Source: a virus
Taxonomy: Duplodnaviria; Heunggongvirae; Uroviricota; Caudoviricetes
DNA length: 64,000 nucleotides
Reading direction: 5' to 3' (one strand)
Virus record (IMG/VR): IMGVR_UViG_2724679073_000003
Below the pieces are notes generated by a model, which did no database searches, was not told where the DNA came from, and saw nothing but the letters and a program-made list of their open reading frames with translations. The translations under genes and the position numbers were made by a program. This document shows positions 10,803 to 20,204 of the stretch, in pieces (positions within the stretch are counted from its first letter, which is position 1; each line of letters starts with the position of its first letter).

Positions 10803-11450
10803 TCACCATTCATAGGGTAAATTAAGCGCTTTTAAACCTTGCTGGAAAGTATTAAGAGAGCCATTTTTTTGTTGTTCCATTTTTTCGCGTGCAGCTTTCT
10901 CATACTGCTCCATCCGTTGGTTATACTCTTGCAATTCCTCCGGGGAGAGGTTTCCCATTGGGGAGTTTGTACCCGGCCCCCTGGCCCGTTCTTCAAGCGT
11001 ACCCTGAACGTTTTGATGGCGCATTCCCGGGGCGTTTCTGATTGAATCAATGCCATTTCTTCCAACGTCTTCTTTATTAACAGCATTGTTCGCCACCAGT
11101 ACGCCCCAGCTAGGGATAGCAAAATCAGGAGCGGTTTCGCATGCCTTTACCATATAATCGAAAGAGCTTCGATTAATCTCGTTTGCGTCGGGATTTAATA
11201 GGCGAGAATATTGGTATTTAGCATTTGCGTTGGTTGAGACTTTATACAGTTCCTGCTGCACCATCGCTTCAGAAAGTTTAAGGCGCTTCATATCTGACAG
11301 TAACTTCTTGCGCATGGATTCGTCTTCACTGACAGCAAATCCGTAAACGTGCCCAAGGTATTTCGTATAATCGGTACAAATCTCCTTTACGCTTGATGCT
11401 GCATTAACAGTCCCAGCCATAAATAATAACGGTAGTAATAGTTTTCTCAT
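10803..11450 (-). CDS. Sim-like secreted protein (candidate superinfection exclusion)
   Basis: Signal peptide MRKLLLPLLFMAGTVNA; C-terminal motif GMRHQNVQGTLEERARGPGT also present in Sit; start chosen at ATG with AGGTGAGG RBS. Confidence 0.5.
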   Translation of the reverse strand: MRKLLLPLLFMAGTVNAASSVKEICTDYTKYLGHVYGFAVSEDESMRKKLLSDMKRLKLSEAMVQQELYKVSTNANAKYQYSRLLNPDANEINRSSFDYMVKACETAPDFAIPSWGVLVANNAVNKEDVGRNGIDSIRNAPGMRHQNVQGTLEERARGPGTNSPMGNLSPEELQEYNQRMEQYEKAAREKMEQQKNGSLNTFQQGLKALNLPYEW

Positions 11451-11546
11451 TATAACCTCACCTGCCTTATAACTCATTTAGGGTACATATTTTCGCCTTT
11501 AAAAAAAAGAGGTTATTAGATCCAATTGTGCATTTATTAAACAAAC

Positions 11547-11563
11547 AATGCTCTAATAAATTT
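11547..11563 (+). promoter_or_regulatory. C1-operator-like site (Op51-like) upstream of immI
   Basis: AATGCTCTAATAAATTT vs recalled C1 operator consensus ATTGCTCTAATAAATTT. Confidence 0.6.
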
Positions 11564-11744
11564 GTATTTTTAAGTCACGAATGCTATCTTTTCGCATCAT
11601 ATTGACCTTTTAATCGTTCAGGCTTATAGTTCCGCCGTCGTAGCAAATTCTGCGACCAGGTTTGACAGCCTGAATGATTGTGCGGACAACCGCAGATTTC
11701 CGATATTGCGGTATTTTTGTGTCCGTTAAACCGCGTTACGCCCA

Positions 11745-11860
11745 AATTATGGTGGGGCGTGATGGGGAGGCTTCGGCCTGCTGGTTTCACAATCGCCAGT
11801 CTGTCAACCCTGTCACGTCCTGCCACCTGTTTGACAGCGGGTAGCAGGTTGTTAAACCTG
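11745..11860 (+). ncRNA. Candidate c4-like antisense RNA region
   Basis: Structured non-coding stretch with nested inverted repeats and a GGCTTCGGCC hairpin between the operator and icd; boundaries approximate. Confidence 0.3.
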
Positions 11861-11877
11861 ATTGTGAGGCCGTAACT

Positions 11878-12099
11878 ATGGTTAATGCCAATCCTTGCGC
11901 ACGCCAAGAATTCATCTGGCGTTTCTATTCCTGTAAAAAACACCACTATCACTTCGTTATCGCAGCAACTGAAGACGAAGCACGCTCTCAATTGCCTGAT
12001 GGCCCCTGCATTTTTACTGCCCGTTTTTCAACTAACTCGCGCAATTCACTTAGTTACTGGAACCTCCCCTTCTCTGCCGACGTTCAGGGGGGTTTATGA
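11878..12099 (+). CDS. icd: Icd-like small protein, overlaps ant start (ATGA)
   Basis: 73 aa; stop overlaps ant ATG as in P1 immI. Confidence 0.6.
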   Translation: MVNANPCARQEFIWRFYSCKKHHYHFVIAATEDEARSQLPDGPCIFTARFSTNSRNSLSYWNLPFSADVQGGL

Positions 12100-13505
12100 A
12101 AAAACCTCTCGTCACCCGTAATGAAATAGCCGAAGCGATCGCCCTGCATACAACCTGTATGCCGACACGGGAGATCCCCGGCGCAATTGCCAACTATTTC
12201 ATGATAACCAGGCGTTTTTATACCCGAACAGATAAGGCTGTGATCAACAAGCTACTGATAGCCGAGATCAGGGATTATTTGATTGAACAAGGACGTCTAC
12301 GTTACGCAACAGTGGCAGCAGAAATGAGAAAGGAGGCACATAGAATGACCAGTAATAATTTGAATGTTAAAAAACCAGCATCTGTTGCTTCAGCTACGCC
12401 ATCACCAGCTGTGAATGTTATCTCCAACACTGGAGATACAATCGACAGCCAGACGCTGTTAAAGATGGTCAATGAAGCGCGTAAGTTATGTGGGGAACCA
12501 GAGGTTCGGAACAACAAATTCATCGAAAAAATACTCGACGAATTAGAAGGTGAGGACGGTTACACAAAAAGTGCAACCGTGCCGCCAGGTGGCGGTACGC
12601 CTATGGTTGTCATAACCATGACCTACAAACAAGCCCTGCGAGTTGCCGCGCGCGAGTCAAAAGCGGTCCGCCGTTCGCTACATACCATGATTCAGGCATT
12701 GGAACCTATAAATGTTGAAAATCATCCTGATGAAATTCCCGTTCTGGAATGGCAGGGAGTACGCGTCGTGACAACCGAGACTCTTGCTAGAGGGTATGGC
12801 ACTACACCTACTCGTATTCAGCAGAACTACAATCGCAATGAAGAACGATTTGTAGAGGGTAAACACTTCTTTAAAATCAAAGGAGATGAGATAAAAAGTT
12901 TGCGACTATCTTTTAGCGAGTTGCAAATTTCCCCCAAGACCAGATCCTTAATACTCTGGACCGAACGCGGAGCGGCACGCATGTCTAAGATCGTAGACAC
13001 AGAGCAAGCGTGGGCATTCTTTGAAAAACTGGAAGACAGCTACTTCCGGCAAAAAGAACAGCAACCGGTCGCAATCCCCCAGACGCTTCCCGAAGCTCTG
13101 CGCCTGGCTGCCGAGCTGGCTGAACAAAAGCAGCTACTGGAACAGAAAACCCACCAGCTAAATCAACAGCTGGTGGCCGCAGCCCCTAAAGTCGATTTTG
13201 CCGACCGGGTATCAGCGGCTAATGGAATCCTGATCGGGAACTTTGCAAAGGTCGTTGGACTTAAGCAAAACGCCCTTTTCTCATGGTTGCGCCAGAACGG
13301 CATTCTCATGGCTTTTGGTGCGCGCAAAAACGTACCGCGCCAGCAGTACATTAACGCCGGGTATTTCACGGTGAAAGAAGTGGTGCTGGATGATGAAAAT
13401 GGCTACCAGATACGGCTGACGCCCCAATTAACGGGTAAAGGCCAGCAGTGGTTAACTCGCAAGCTACTTGATGCTGGTTTGTTAAAACCAGTAGCAATAG
13501 GTTAA
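12096..13505 (+). CDS. ant: Antirepressor Ant (ORF6N/Bro-N-like central domain plus KilAC C-terminal domain)
   Basis: 469 aa; PVLEWQGVRVVTTETLARGYG and C-terminal KilAC-type sequence. Confidence 0.8.
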   Translation: MKKPLVTRNEIAEAIALHTTCMPTREIPGAIANYFMITRRFYTRTDKAVINKLLIAEIRDYLIEQGRLRYATVAAEMRKEAHRMTSNNLNVKKPASVASATPSPAVNVISNTGDTIDSQTLLKMVNEARKLCGEPEVRNNKFIEKILDELEGEDGYTKSATVPPGGGTPMVVITMTYKQALRVAARESKAVRRSLHTMIQALEPINVENHPDEIPVLEWQGVRVVTTETLARGYGTTPTRIQQNYNRNEERFVEGKHFFKIKGDEIKSLRLSFSELQISPKTRSLILWTERGAARMSKIVDTEQAWAFFEKLEDSYFRQKEQQPVAIPQTLPEALRLAAELAEQKQLLEQKTHQLNQQLVAAAPKVDFADRVSAANGILIGNFAKVVGLKQNALFSWLRQNGILMAFGARKNVPRQQYINAGYFTVKEVVLDDENGYQIRLTPQLTGKGQQWLTRKLLDAGLLKPVAIG

Positions 13506-13509
13506 CAAA

Positions 13510-13545
13510 AGAAAAAAACCTGCCAGCAAACTGGCAGGTTTCTGA
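13510..13545 (+). terminator. Putative terminator after ant
   Basis: Hairpin CCTGCCAG-CAAA-CTGGCAGG followed by TTTC. Confidence 0.45.
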
Positions 13546-13582
13546 GCAGATCGTCCAACCCGATCTGGATCGAGTCAGAAAA

Positions 13583-13600
13583 ATTTGCTCTAATAAATTT
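13583..13600 (+). promoter_or_regulatory. C1-operator-like site (Op53-like) upstream of kilA
   Basis: ATTTGCTCTAATAAATTT. Confidence 0.65.
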
Positions 13601-13669
13601 CGTTTTCTAAGTGCAAAGAATCACCATTTCGAGCTGGTGATTGAAGGTTGATGCAAATTTGGAGAAAAA

Positions 13670-14470
13670 ATGCAACAAACATTCAATGCGGATATGAATA
13701 TATCAAACCTTCATCAAAATGTCGATCCTTCAACCACTCTGCCCGTTATTTGTGGTGTTGAAATTACGACCGACCGCGCTGGCCGTTACAACCTTAATGC
13801 TCTACACAGAGCGAGCGGACTCGGTGCCCATAAAGCGCCAGCTCAATGGCTAAGAACGCTGTCAGCAAAACAGCTCATCGAAGAGCTTGAAAAAGAAACT
13901 ATGCAGAATTGCATAGTTTCGTTCGAAGGCCGTGGCGGCGGCACTTTTGCCCATGAATTGCTCGCTGTGGAGTACGCAGGCTGGATTTCTCCCGCGTTTC
14001 GGCTGAAGGTAAACCAGACATTTATCGACTATCGAGCCGGAAGATTACAACCTGCTATTCCGCAGAGTCTCCCTGAAGCTCTCCGTTTGGCTGCCGACCT
14101 GGCAGAGCAAAAGCAACGGCTGGAGCAAAAAATGCTTATGGATGCACCTAAAGTCGAATTCGCCGAACGCGTTGCTACCGCCAGCGGGGTTCTAATCGGC
14201 AACTATGCCAAAGTGCTCGGCCTGGGCCAAAACTATCTCTTCACCTGGTTGCGTGATAACGGAATTCTGATCGCAACCGGTGAACGCAGGAACGTCCCCA
14301 AACAAGAATACATATCCCGTGGGTATTTCACCCTTAAAGAAACCGTGATCGATACAAGCAATGGAAGCAGGATTTCTTTCACGACTCGTATAACCGGCAA
14401 AGGTCAGCAGTGGCTGATGAAGCGATTGCTTGATGCTGGTGTGCTGGTACCTGTCGCGGCAACGCGCTAA
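13670..14470 (+). CDS. kilA: KilA-like protein (KilA-N plus KilAC domains)
   Basis: 266 aa; C-terminal about 130 aa roughly 60% identical to the Ant C-terminus. Confidence 0.7.
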   Translation: MQQTFNADMNISNLHQNVDPSTTLPVICGVEITTDRAGRYNLNALHRASGLGAHKAPAQWLRTLSAKQLIEELEKETMQNCIVSFEGRGGGTFAHELLAVEYAGWISPAFRLKVNQTFIDYRAGRLQPAIPQSLPEALRLAADLAEQKQRLEQKMLMDAPKVEFAERVATASGVLIGNYAKVLGLGQNYLFTWLRDNGILIATGERRNVPKQEYISRGYFTLKETVIDTSNGSRISFTTRITGKGQQWLMKRLLDAGVLVPVAATR

Positions 14471-14499
14471 CAGACGTAGTAAGAACCACCAGCATTGTA

Positions 14500-15345
14500 A
14501 TGCTGGCTAAAGTCACTTTCCTGAGCTGTATAACGATGAGCGATTTTACTTTTTCTGGCTATGAATTGGCCTGCTTTGTAACACACTCCGGTCTATCCCG
14601 TAGCGCCGGGCATATCCTGTCGCAATGTGCAAATCTAGCGGCAACAACCAGTGAATACTTCATTCACAAGCCTCACCGCCTGATCGCGGCAGAAACTGGT
14701 TATAGCCAATCAACCGTCGTTCGTGCATTCCGTGAAGCTGTAAACAAAGGAATTCTGTCTGTAGAGATTGTTATCGGCGATCACCGTGAACGTCGCGCTA
14801 ACCTGTACCGGTTTACGCCATCCTTTTTGGCCTTCGCACAACAAGCCAAAAATGCGCTGATTGAAAGCAAATTAAAGATCTCTTCAGCGGCAACCAAGGT
14901 TAAAGCTGTTCTCGCTAAGACATTGGCTTTATTTAATTTTTTATCCACACCCCCATGTCAAAATGATACCCCCTCCCCCTGTCAGGATGACGTGGCAATA
15001 AAGAATAAGAAGTCACAAGTTAAAAAAACAAAAAGATCAGTTTCCGGCGGTGCCGGAACGAGCAGACTCAAAAAATTGACTTCATGGATCGCTGAGGCAA
15101 AAGCAAAGGCTGACAATCTGCGGTTATCCAAAAAACGCGCTCAAAAACATGAGTTCAAGCAGAAAGTAGAGGCGGCAGCGCGGAAATATGCTTACCTGAA
15201 GGACAAGCGTTCTCCTGATATTGGCGGGATATCAAACCTCGATAATCTGCCGCATTGCATGACGGTAAACGAAGCTCTTAATGCGGTTTTAGCCAAAAAT
15301 AAAGATAACGAACAATGGGGTATACCGGCAGGATTCAGAGGGTGA
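14500..15345 (+). CDS. repL: RepL-like lytic replication protein
   Basis: 281-aa ORF directly downstream of kilA as in P1. Confidence 0.55.
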   Translation: MLAKVTFLSCITMSDFTFSGYELACFVTHSGLSRSAGHILSQCANLAATTSEYFIHKPHRLIAAETGYSQSTVVRAFREAVNKGILSVEIVIGDHRERRANLYRFTPSFLAFAQQAKNALIESKLKISSAATKVKAVLAKTLALFNFLSTPPCQNDTPSPCQDDVAIKNKKSQVKKTKRSVSGGAGTSRLKKLTSWIAEAKAKADNLRLSKKRAQKHEFKQKVEAAARKYAYLKDKRSPDIGGISNLDNLPHCMTVNEALNAVLAKNKDNEQWGIPAGFRG

Positions 15346-15641
15346 TAGATTGCTCTAATCTGGAGTCACCTGGCGTTTTCAGTTTGAGGTCGGAGATGCA
15401 ATCTGATTTTTTACAGTTAGCGATCGCTTTTGCAGGATATGTTTGTATTGGCTTCTGTGTATACATGATCAGCCGAAAAATGCTTGTCGATATCGACCGC
15501 AAAGAACGAGCAGAGGAGATCTTAGTATGGATTTTCTTTGGCGCGGTCTGGCCATTAGGGATCATGTTTGCTGCAACATTTCTTCTGATGTGGATATTCA
15601 CCCTTCCAGGTGATTTCTATAGAAAAAAAGCCAGACATTGA
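15315..15641 (+). CDS. Small membrane protein (start uncertain; alternative ATG at 15396)
   Basis: Two predicted TM helices. Confidence 0.4.
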   Translation: MGYTGRIQRVIDCSNLESPGVFSLRSEMQSDFLQLAIAFAGYVCIGFCVYMISRKMLVDIDRKERAEEILVWIFFGAVWPLGIMFAATFLLMWIFTLPGDFYRKKARH

Positions 15642-15823
15642 TACAATCGTTGCGGGTGCTTGAGGCTATCTGCTTCAGGCATTACCCGAAAAGCAGATAG
15701 AAGAAAGCCCCAGATAACATTACGCGTCCTGCAAGACGCTTAACATTAATCTGAGGCCATATCTATGCTTAGCATACGTAGATTAACCCTCTCCCCTTTT
15801 AAGGAGCAAGGAATTTTTTACTG

Positions 15824-16420
15824 CTATGCCGCATTTCCAATTATGGATTCAGCGACCAGAACAACCCCATGCTTACTTCGATCTGGGTGTTCACTCCATA
15901 TCTCGGATTCAGGAATACTTACCCCGTCATAGCAAACACGTTCGCCGTCAAACGGGTAATACTGAGCGGCATCGGTGTCAAGGATAAACACTTTTAGCTC
16001 GGAAGAGCGACGGGCGATGTGTTGCCAAAGAGCTTTTCCACCTTCGTATTGCTCATTATCACTGAGCAAAACAACACCAGCTTTTGAGGCTACGGTTTCG
16101 TAAACAAAAGTAGCTAAACCGACATCCCGGACGGTTCCATCAACCACGATACCTTCAATCTGGGCAACATCGCTATCCTCCCAGAACTTCCTTACCAGTA
16201 CGCCTTCAAGCAGCGGGCGACGTTGAAGTTCAAGAGTAGCGACAACCTTATGGCGCATATCACCATCGATAATAGAAGGCGCAGCCTCTATTACAGCTGC
16301 AAATGGGGTTTTGGAATCCCATATAACCTGGTAAAGAACACCTTGGATGGTAACTCCGTCCAGGATCGAAAATCGACGAGCGACAGTACCCGGGGAGTAC
16401 GACATTGGAATCACAGCCAT
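15824..16420 (-). CDS. Hypothetical protein
   Basis: About 198 aa from ATG with GGGGG RBS; weak C1-operator-like site upstream at 16472-16488. Confidence 0.5.
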   Translation of the reverse strand: MAVIPMSYSPGTVARRFSILDGVTIQGVLYQVIWDSKTPFAAVIEAAPSIIDGDMRHKVVATLELQRRPLLEGVLVRKFWEDSDVAQIEGIVVDGTVRDVGLATFVYETVASKAGVVLLSDNEQYEGGKALWQHIARRSSELKVFILDTDAAQYYPFDGERVCYDGVSIPESEIWSEHPDRSKHGVVLVAESIIGNAA

Positions 16421-16548
16421 TTTAGAGTCCCCCTTTAACAGTACAGGCACAAACAGCTACCTCAATAATTGTAGTTTATTAGAACATTAATAATCTAACA
16501 TAAAACTCCAGACAATGTTATCGATGCATGTTTATATAAAATAGTTAT

Positions 16549-16573
16549 AAAAAAAGCTCCCGAAGGAGCTTTA
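16549..16573 (-). terminator. Terminator at end of minus-strand virion operon
   Basis: Hairpin AGCTCC-CGAA-GGAGCT with T-tract on the minus strand. Confidence 0.6.
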
Positions 16574-16591
16574 AAATACAAGGGATGACTC

Positions 16592-17101
16592 TTAATCCCA
16601 CTCAATCCAGTTGTAGACGATACGAAGTGACGGGCGCACAGCGGCAGTCACATCTTCGGTACTAAAGTCGATTGCATCACTGTAGATTTTGCAGTCCAAC
16701 ATTTCAATTGTTGTAGCAGCTTTTGTCACAGCGTTAACCCCGGAAGATTTGGATTCAGGGGTCGCAGCCATCGTGATATCAACATAGTCCTTCGCCGCAA
16801 TGCGATCTTTAATGAACTGAAGAATATCGCCTTCGATAGTCTCCACGCACTGGACCTGGATTTCCCCGGAGTTACGGATTGGACCGTGCTGGTTGAACTT
16901 CACACCATTTGGGCCATAGTCCTCCACATCCTCGCGGGTCATTTCAGGGATTTGCGACGTGCGAACCAGTACGCTGATATCTTCATAGCCTGCAAAAGTG
17001 AGCTGGAATTCAGAAGATACCAGTCGTTCGCCTTTGGCCGCGTTGGCAGTATAGCGGCCCTTAATAAATTTACGGTTTCCCTTAGTGTTATTGTGCCCCA
17101 T
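16592..17101 (-). CDS. Virion structural protein (possibly tail tube)
   Basis: 169-aa ORF in the structural operon. Confidence 0.45.
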   Translation of the reverse strand: MGHNNTKGNRKFIKGRYTANAAKGERLVSSEFQLTFAGYEDISVLVRTSQIPEMTREDVEDYGPNGVKFNQHGPIRNSGEIQVQCVETIEGDILQFIKDRIAAKDYVDITMAATPESKSSGVNAVTKAATTIEMLDCKIYSDAIDFSTEDVTAAVRPSLRIVYNWIEWD

Positions 17102-17112
17102 ATAAAATCCTT

Positions 17113-17694
17113 TTACTGGAACGCCCGAACAATATCGGAGCTGTTATATATCGAAGAACCGGTCAACTGGAGGTTGACGGTGTTTTTCAGGAAATATCCA
17201 TTACTGTCCCTTGGCGCATCGAGATCAAAACTTAAGTCCTGGATGGCGACATCGGTGATGTTGATCCGGCGACCAATGTTTAGCGTCACGCGCTCCGGGA
17301 TTCGACCACCAACATTGGCCGCTTTTAGTTCCGGGCTAATCATGGCTGTCAACGCGGCGATAGCGCCTGAAACTTCAATGAATGGATTGTTCAAAGCAAT
17401 GAAAGTTACGGGCAGCGTGAACGTCGGCGGAGTCCCCCCTTCCCAAACCATTAAGCTATTCCAACGGGCAACAGACGTTGTTTCAGTACCTACTTGCACA
17501 AAACCACCCAGAGCACCAGAAACAGATCCCATGGACATACCGGTAAATGGCGCTTCCCAATTCTGGGCCATGTTCATTGCCGCTCCCTGGCTGATATATC
17601 CGGTAACCTGGTACTGAGAGTTCGTTAAAGTAACTTTCAGATATGGCGATACACCGTCAGCCTGGCTGTAAACCCCATAAGCTATAGGAGCCAT
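17113..17694 (-). CDS. Virion structural protein
   Basis: 193-aa ORF in the structural operon. Confidence 0.45.
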   Translation of the reverse strand: MAPIAYGVYSQADGVSPYLKVTLTNSQYQVTGYISQGAAMNMAQNWEAPFTGMSMGSVSGALGGFVQVGTETTSVARWNSLMVWEGGTPPTFTLPVTFIALNNPFIEVSGAIAALTAMISPELKAANVGGRIPERVTLNIGRRINITDVAIQDLSFDLDAPRDSNGYFLKNTVNLQLTGSSIYNSSDIVRAFQ

Positions 17695-17729
17695 TCAAGT
17701 TAAAGGCCGGAGTTCTCCGGCCCCCTCCT

Positions 17730-18545
17730 TTAGCCAAGGCGCTTACGGCGCAGTTTCATTGACTTTTTGCGGGCAAGTTTTGCCGCGCCGGTCTGGGCTT
17801 TTCGACGCGCTTTTTTCAGCGCCGATTTTTGAGCCGCAGTCAGACGTTTTTTACGCAGGCGTTTACGGATGAGTTTGATCTCACCGTTACGAACAACCTT
17901 CTTAAATGCTTCAGTCAGCATTTCATCAGAAGTGCCAGCAACAACAAACGCCGCTTCCAGTTCGTCACGGTCGTCGCTATCTAAACCAGCGATAGAGGCA
18001 CCAACATCAGCAGCAGCGTCGTCGTCTTCATCGTCAGCCAGTGCTTCGATCAGGTCATCATCTACACCGCATGCTGCGAGGAAGTCAGCAACATTTGCCC
18101 ATGCTTCGTTATAGGCATCGTCCTGTTCTTCTGTAACTTCGGAGTCGTCGTCATCAGAGATACCAGCGATAGCCTGAACGAAACCATCAAGGGAGTCGAA
18201 AGTCAGATCACCGCTATCAGCCCAGGAGAAAACGGCGTCGGCCGCATCACTCAACGCATTCTGCATAGCACTTCGATTTGCAGCTTCCAGAATCATCTGG
18301 TGCGCCTGTTCGACGGTCCATTCTTTACCGTCTTTCCCTTCCAGGATTTGCTCTGGAGCCGGGGCAGATGGAACGTTATCGTTAGTCTGTGCCGCCGGTT
18401 CCGGATTATTATTAATAACCGGATCTGTTGGCGGTTCGGCGCTTGCTCGGGCAGACTCCATCAGCTGCACAGGATCAGAGTTCAAAGCGAAACGGGACAG
18501 TCCATTCCCCAAAAATGCCCCGGATTGAAAAAAGTTTTTGCTCAT
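17730..18545 (-). CDS. Virion-associated protein with acidic centre and highly basic C-terminus
   Basis: 271 aa; DDDDSEVTEEQDD then KLIRKRLRKKRL...KLRRKRLG. Confidence 0.45.
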   Translation of the reverse strand: MSKNFFQSGAFLGNGLSRFALNSDPVQLMESARASAEPPTDPVINNNPEPAAQTNDNVPSAPAPEQILEGKDGKEWTVEQAHQMILEAANRSAMQNALSDAADAVFSWADSGDLTFDSLDGFVQAIAGISDDDDSEVTEEQDDAYNEAWANVADFLAACGVDDDLIEALADDEDDDAAADVGASIAGLDSDDRDELEAAFVVAGTSDEMLTEAFKKVVRNGEIKLIRKRLRKKRLTAAQKSALKKARRKAQTGAAKLARKKSMKLRRKRLG

Positions 18546-18554
18546 TGTATTCCC

Positions 18555-20144
18555 TTACTTAATAAGCAGCGGTACGCCCTGGATACGACGGGCTACGCCA
18601 GTCGGGCAGCAGGCCCAGACTACTTCCCATTTATCGAATTCCGCCTGCGTAACTTTCAGCACATACGGTTCTGTACCGTCAGCATCAGGATCACGAGGAG
18701 CCACCAGAGCGCCGGAGGCGACAAAGCGATCTAAAAGTTTGGTCATCCCTTTAGTCAGGCCAGCCGCAGTAATACCGTCCGGGCTATGCTTCATCTGTCG
18801 GGCTAACTGGACAAAGAAACGGCTGATTGCATTCATCAGGGATGGGACGTGCTGGAAGTGCAGATAGTTATCCTGCGTGCAGCAAGTTAAAGCATCGTCG
18901 ATGATCATCTGGCCAGAGGTGCCAACAGATACTTTATTGAGACGGCCCTTGACCATTGCTTCTTCGTCCGGGGTATCTTCCGGATACAGCGGTTGAATTG
19001 ACGCACGAGCAATGACGGCACGTTCTTCACCAGCCGGTGAGTAATGCCAACCGCCGACATCAGAGTTTTTCTTGACGCCACGAGCTTTCGCCGCATACGC
19101 CGCGCCAGACAGACCGAAGACCACACGGGATTGGGTCCATTTGTCTTTGCAGGAGAACGGGAAGTGATAGACAGCACAGCTTACATAATCGGTACCAAGT
19201 AAACCGGTATCTTCAACAGCAGAGAGCGCTTCCGTATACGTCAATGTCGGTTTGACATCAAAGAAGCCATCAATCAGGCGATCAGAACAGATATTACCTA
19301 ACGCGGTGATCGCCGCATTGTCATAGCAACCCAGGCCGAGAACAGCGGTGTACATGTACGGCGCATTATTCAGCACTTTAACCGCACGCAGGTACGCAGC
19401 GGTTGAGATTTTCGACTGATCGCCGTTGGTACCGCCAGTGAACGCCAACGATTTTTTGTTTGTTACTTTCGCTGTCGAAATCAGCTCTTCATTAACAACC
19501 GCGCGCAGATATTTAGAACGGGCTTCCAGAGCCGTAGGCAGATAACACAAGCGGCCCATGTCATCTTTCGCTTCTTCCGCCAAAGACACAGTGTGTGTCT
19601 CCAGGGTCGTTACCACGCCGAGCGAAGTCGTCTGGGTCAGTTTTAAGAGGAAGCGTTCATTACCCGCGCTGTCCGCTGTTGCCGTTTCGATGGTTAACTC
19701 ACGGGTAGGTGAAATACACGGATCACCATCATCAACGTAGATAGCAAAGGCTTCGCCACTATCAAGTTCAATTTCAGAACCGTATGGCAACGCACTGTAA
19801 GCCGGTTCGCCTGATTCATCGAACATAATAATCGGGAACTTCGCATCATCCGGAACAGCGCGAACAACATAACCAGACGTTTGCTGAATAGCTTCGTATA
19901 CATGGCGAATTGGTTCGAACTGTGAGCCGGAAGACGGCTTCAGCGGTTCGCCGAGAACATCTTCGTAATTGGACTCAGTAACCGCAAGAACAGTAAACGG
20001 CTTGCCACGCGCAAATACGCCAATACCAGCCCATAAGCTGCTATTTAATGCAACACCGGTAGATAACGTCGCATCGGCATTGATCGGGCTAACCGCGACG
20101 CCGGATGCATTACCTAATGACTGTTGAATTGAATATTGAGACAT
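18555..20144 (-). CDS. Putative tail sheath protein
   Basis: 529-aa ORF immediately downstream of the large capsid-like gene in a myovirus-type operon. Confidence 0.5.
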   Translation of the reverse strand: MSQYSIQQSLGNASGVAVSPINADATLSTGVALNSSLWAGIGVFARGKPFTVLAVTESNYEDVLGEPLKPSSGSQFEPIRHVYEAIQQTSGYVVRAVPDDAKFPIIMFDESGEPAYSALPYGSEIELDSGEAFAIYVDDGDPCISPTRELTIETATADSAGNERFLLKLTQTTSLGVVTTLETHTVSLAEEAKDDMGRLCYLPTALEARSKYLRAVVNEELISTAKVTNKKSLAFTGGTNGDQSKISTAAYLRAVKVLNNAPYMYTAVLGLGCYDNAAITALGNICSDRLIDGFFDVKPTLTYTEALSAVEDTGLLGTDYVSCAVYHFPFSCKDKWTQSRVVFGLSGAAYAAKARGVKKNSDVGGWHYSPAGEERAVIARASIQPLYPEDTPDEEAMVKGRLNKVSVGTSGQMIIDDALTCCTQDNYLHFQHVPSLMNAISRFFVQLARQMKHSPDGITAAGLTKGMTKLLDRFVASGALVAPRDPDADGTEPYVLKVTQAEFDKWEVVWACCPTGVARRIQGVPLLIK

Positions 20145-20204
20145 AACTTTCCCTGTTATGCGCCCCGCACGGGGGCGCTATGTTAAACGGAGAACTTCCC
20201 CTGA

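Noticed and set aside
11547-11563. ATTGCTCTAATAAAT motif as Lpa-dependent late promoter box
   Set aside because: The 17-bp asymmetric consensus and its positions (immI, kilA, lpa, next to c1) fit the C1 operator better than a late promoter element.
11584-11991. Minus-strand 135-aa ORF over the c4/icd leader
   Set aside because: Overlaps the operator, structured leader and icd start on the other strand; no RBS; likely spurious.
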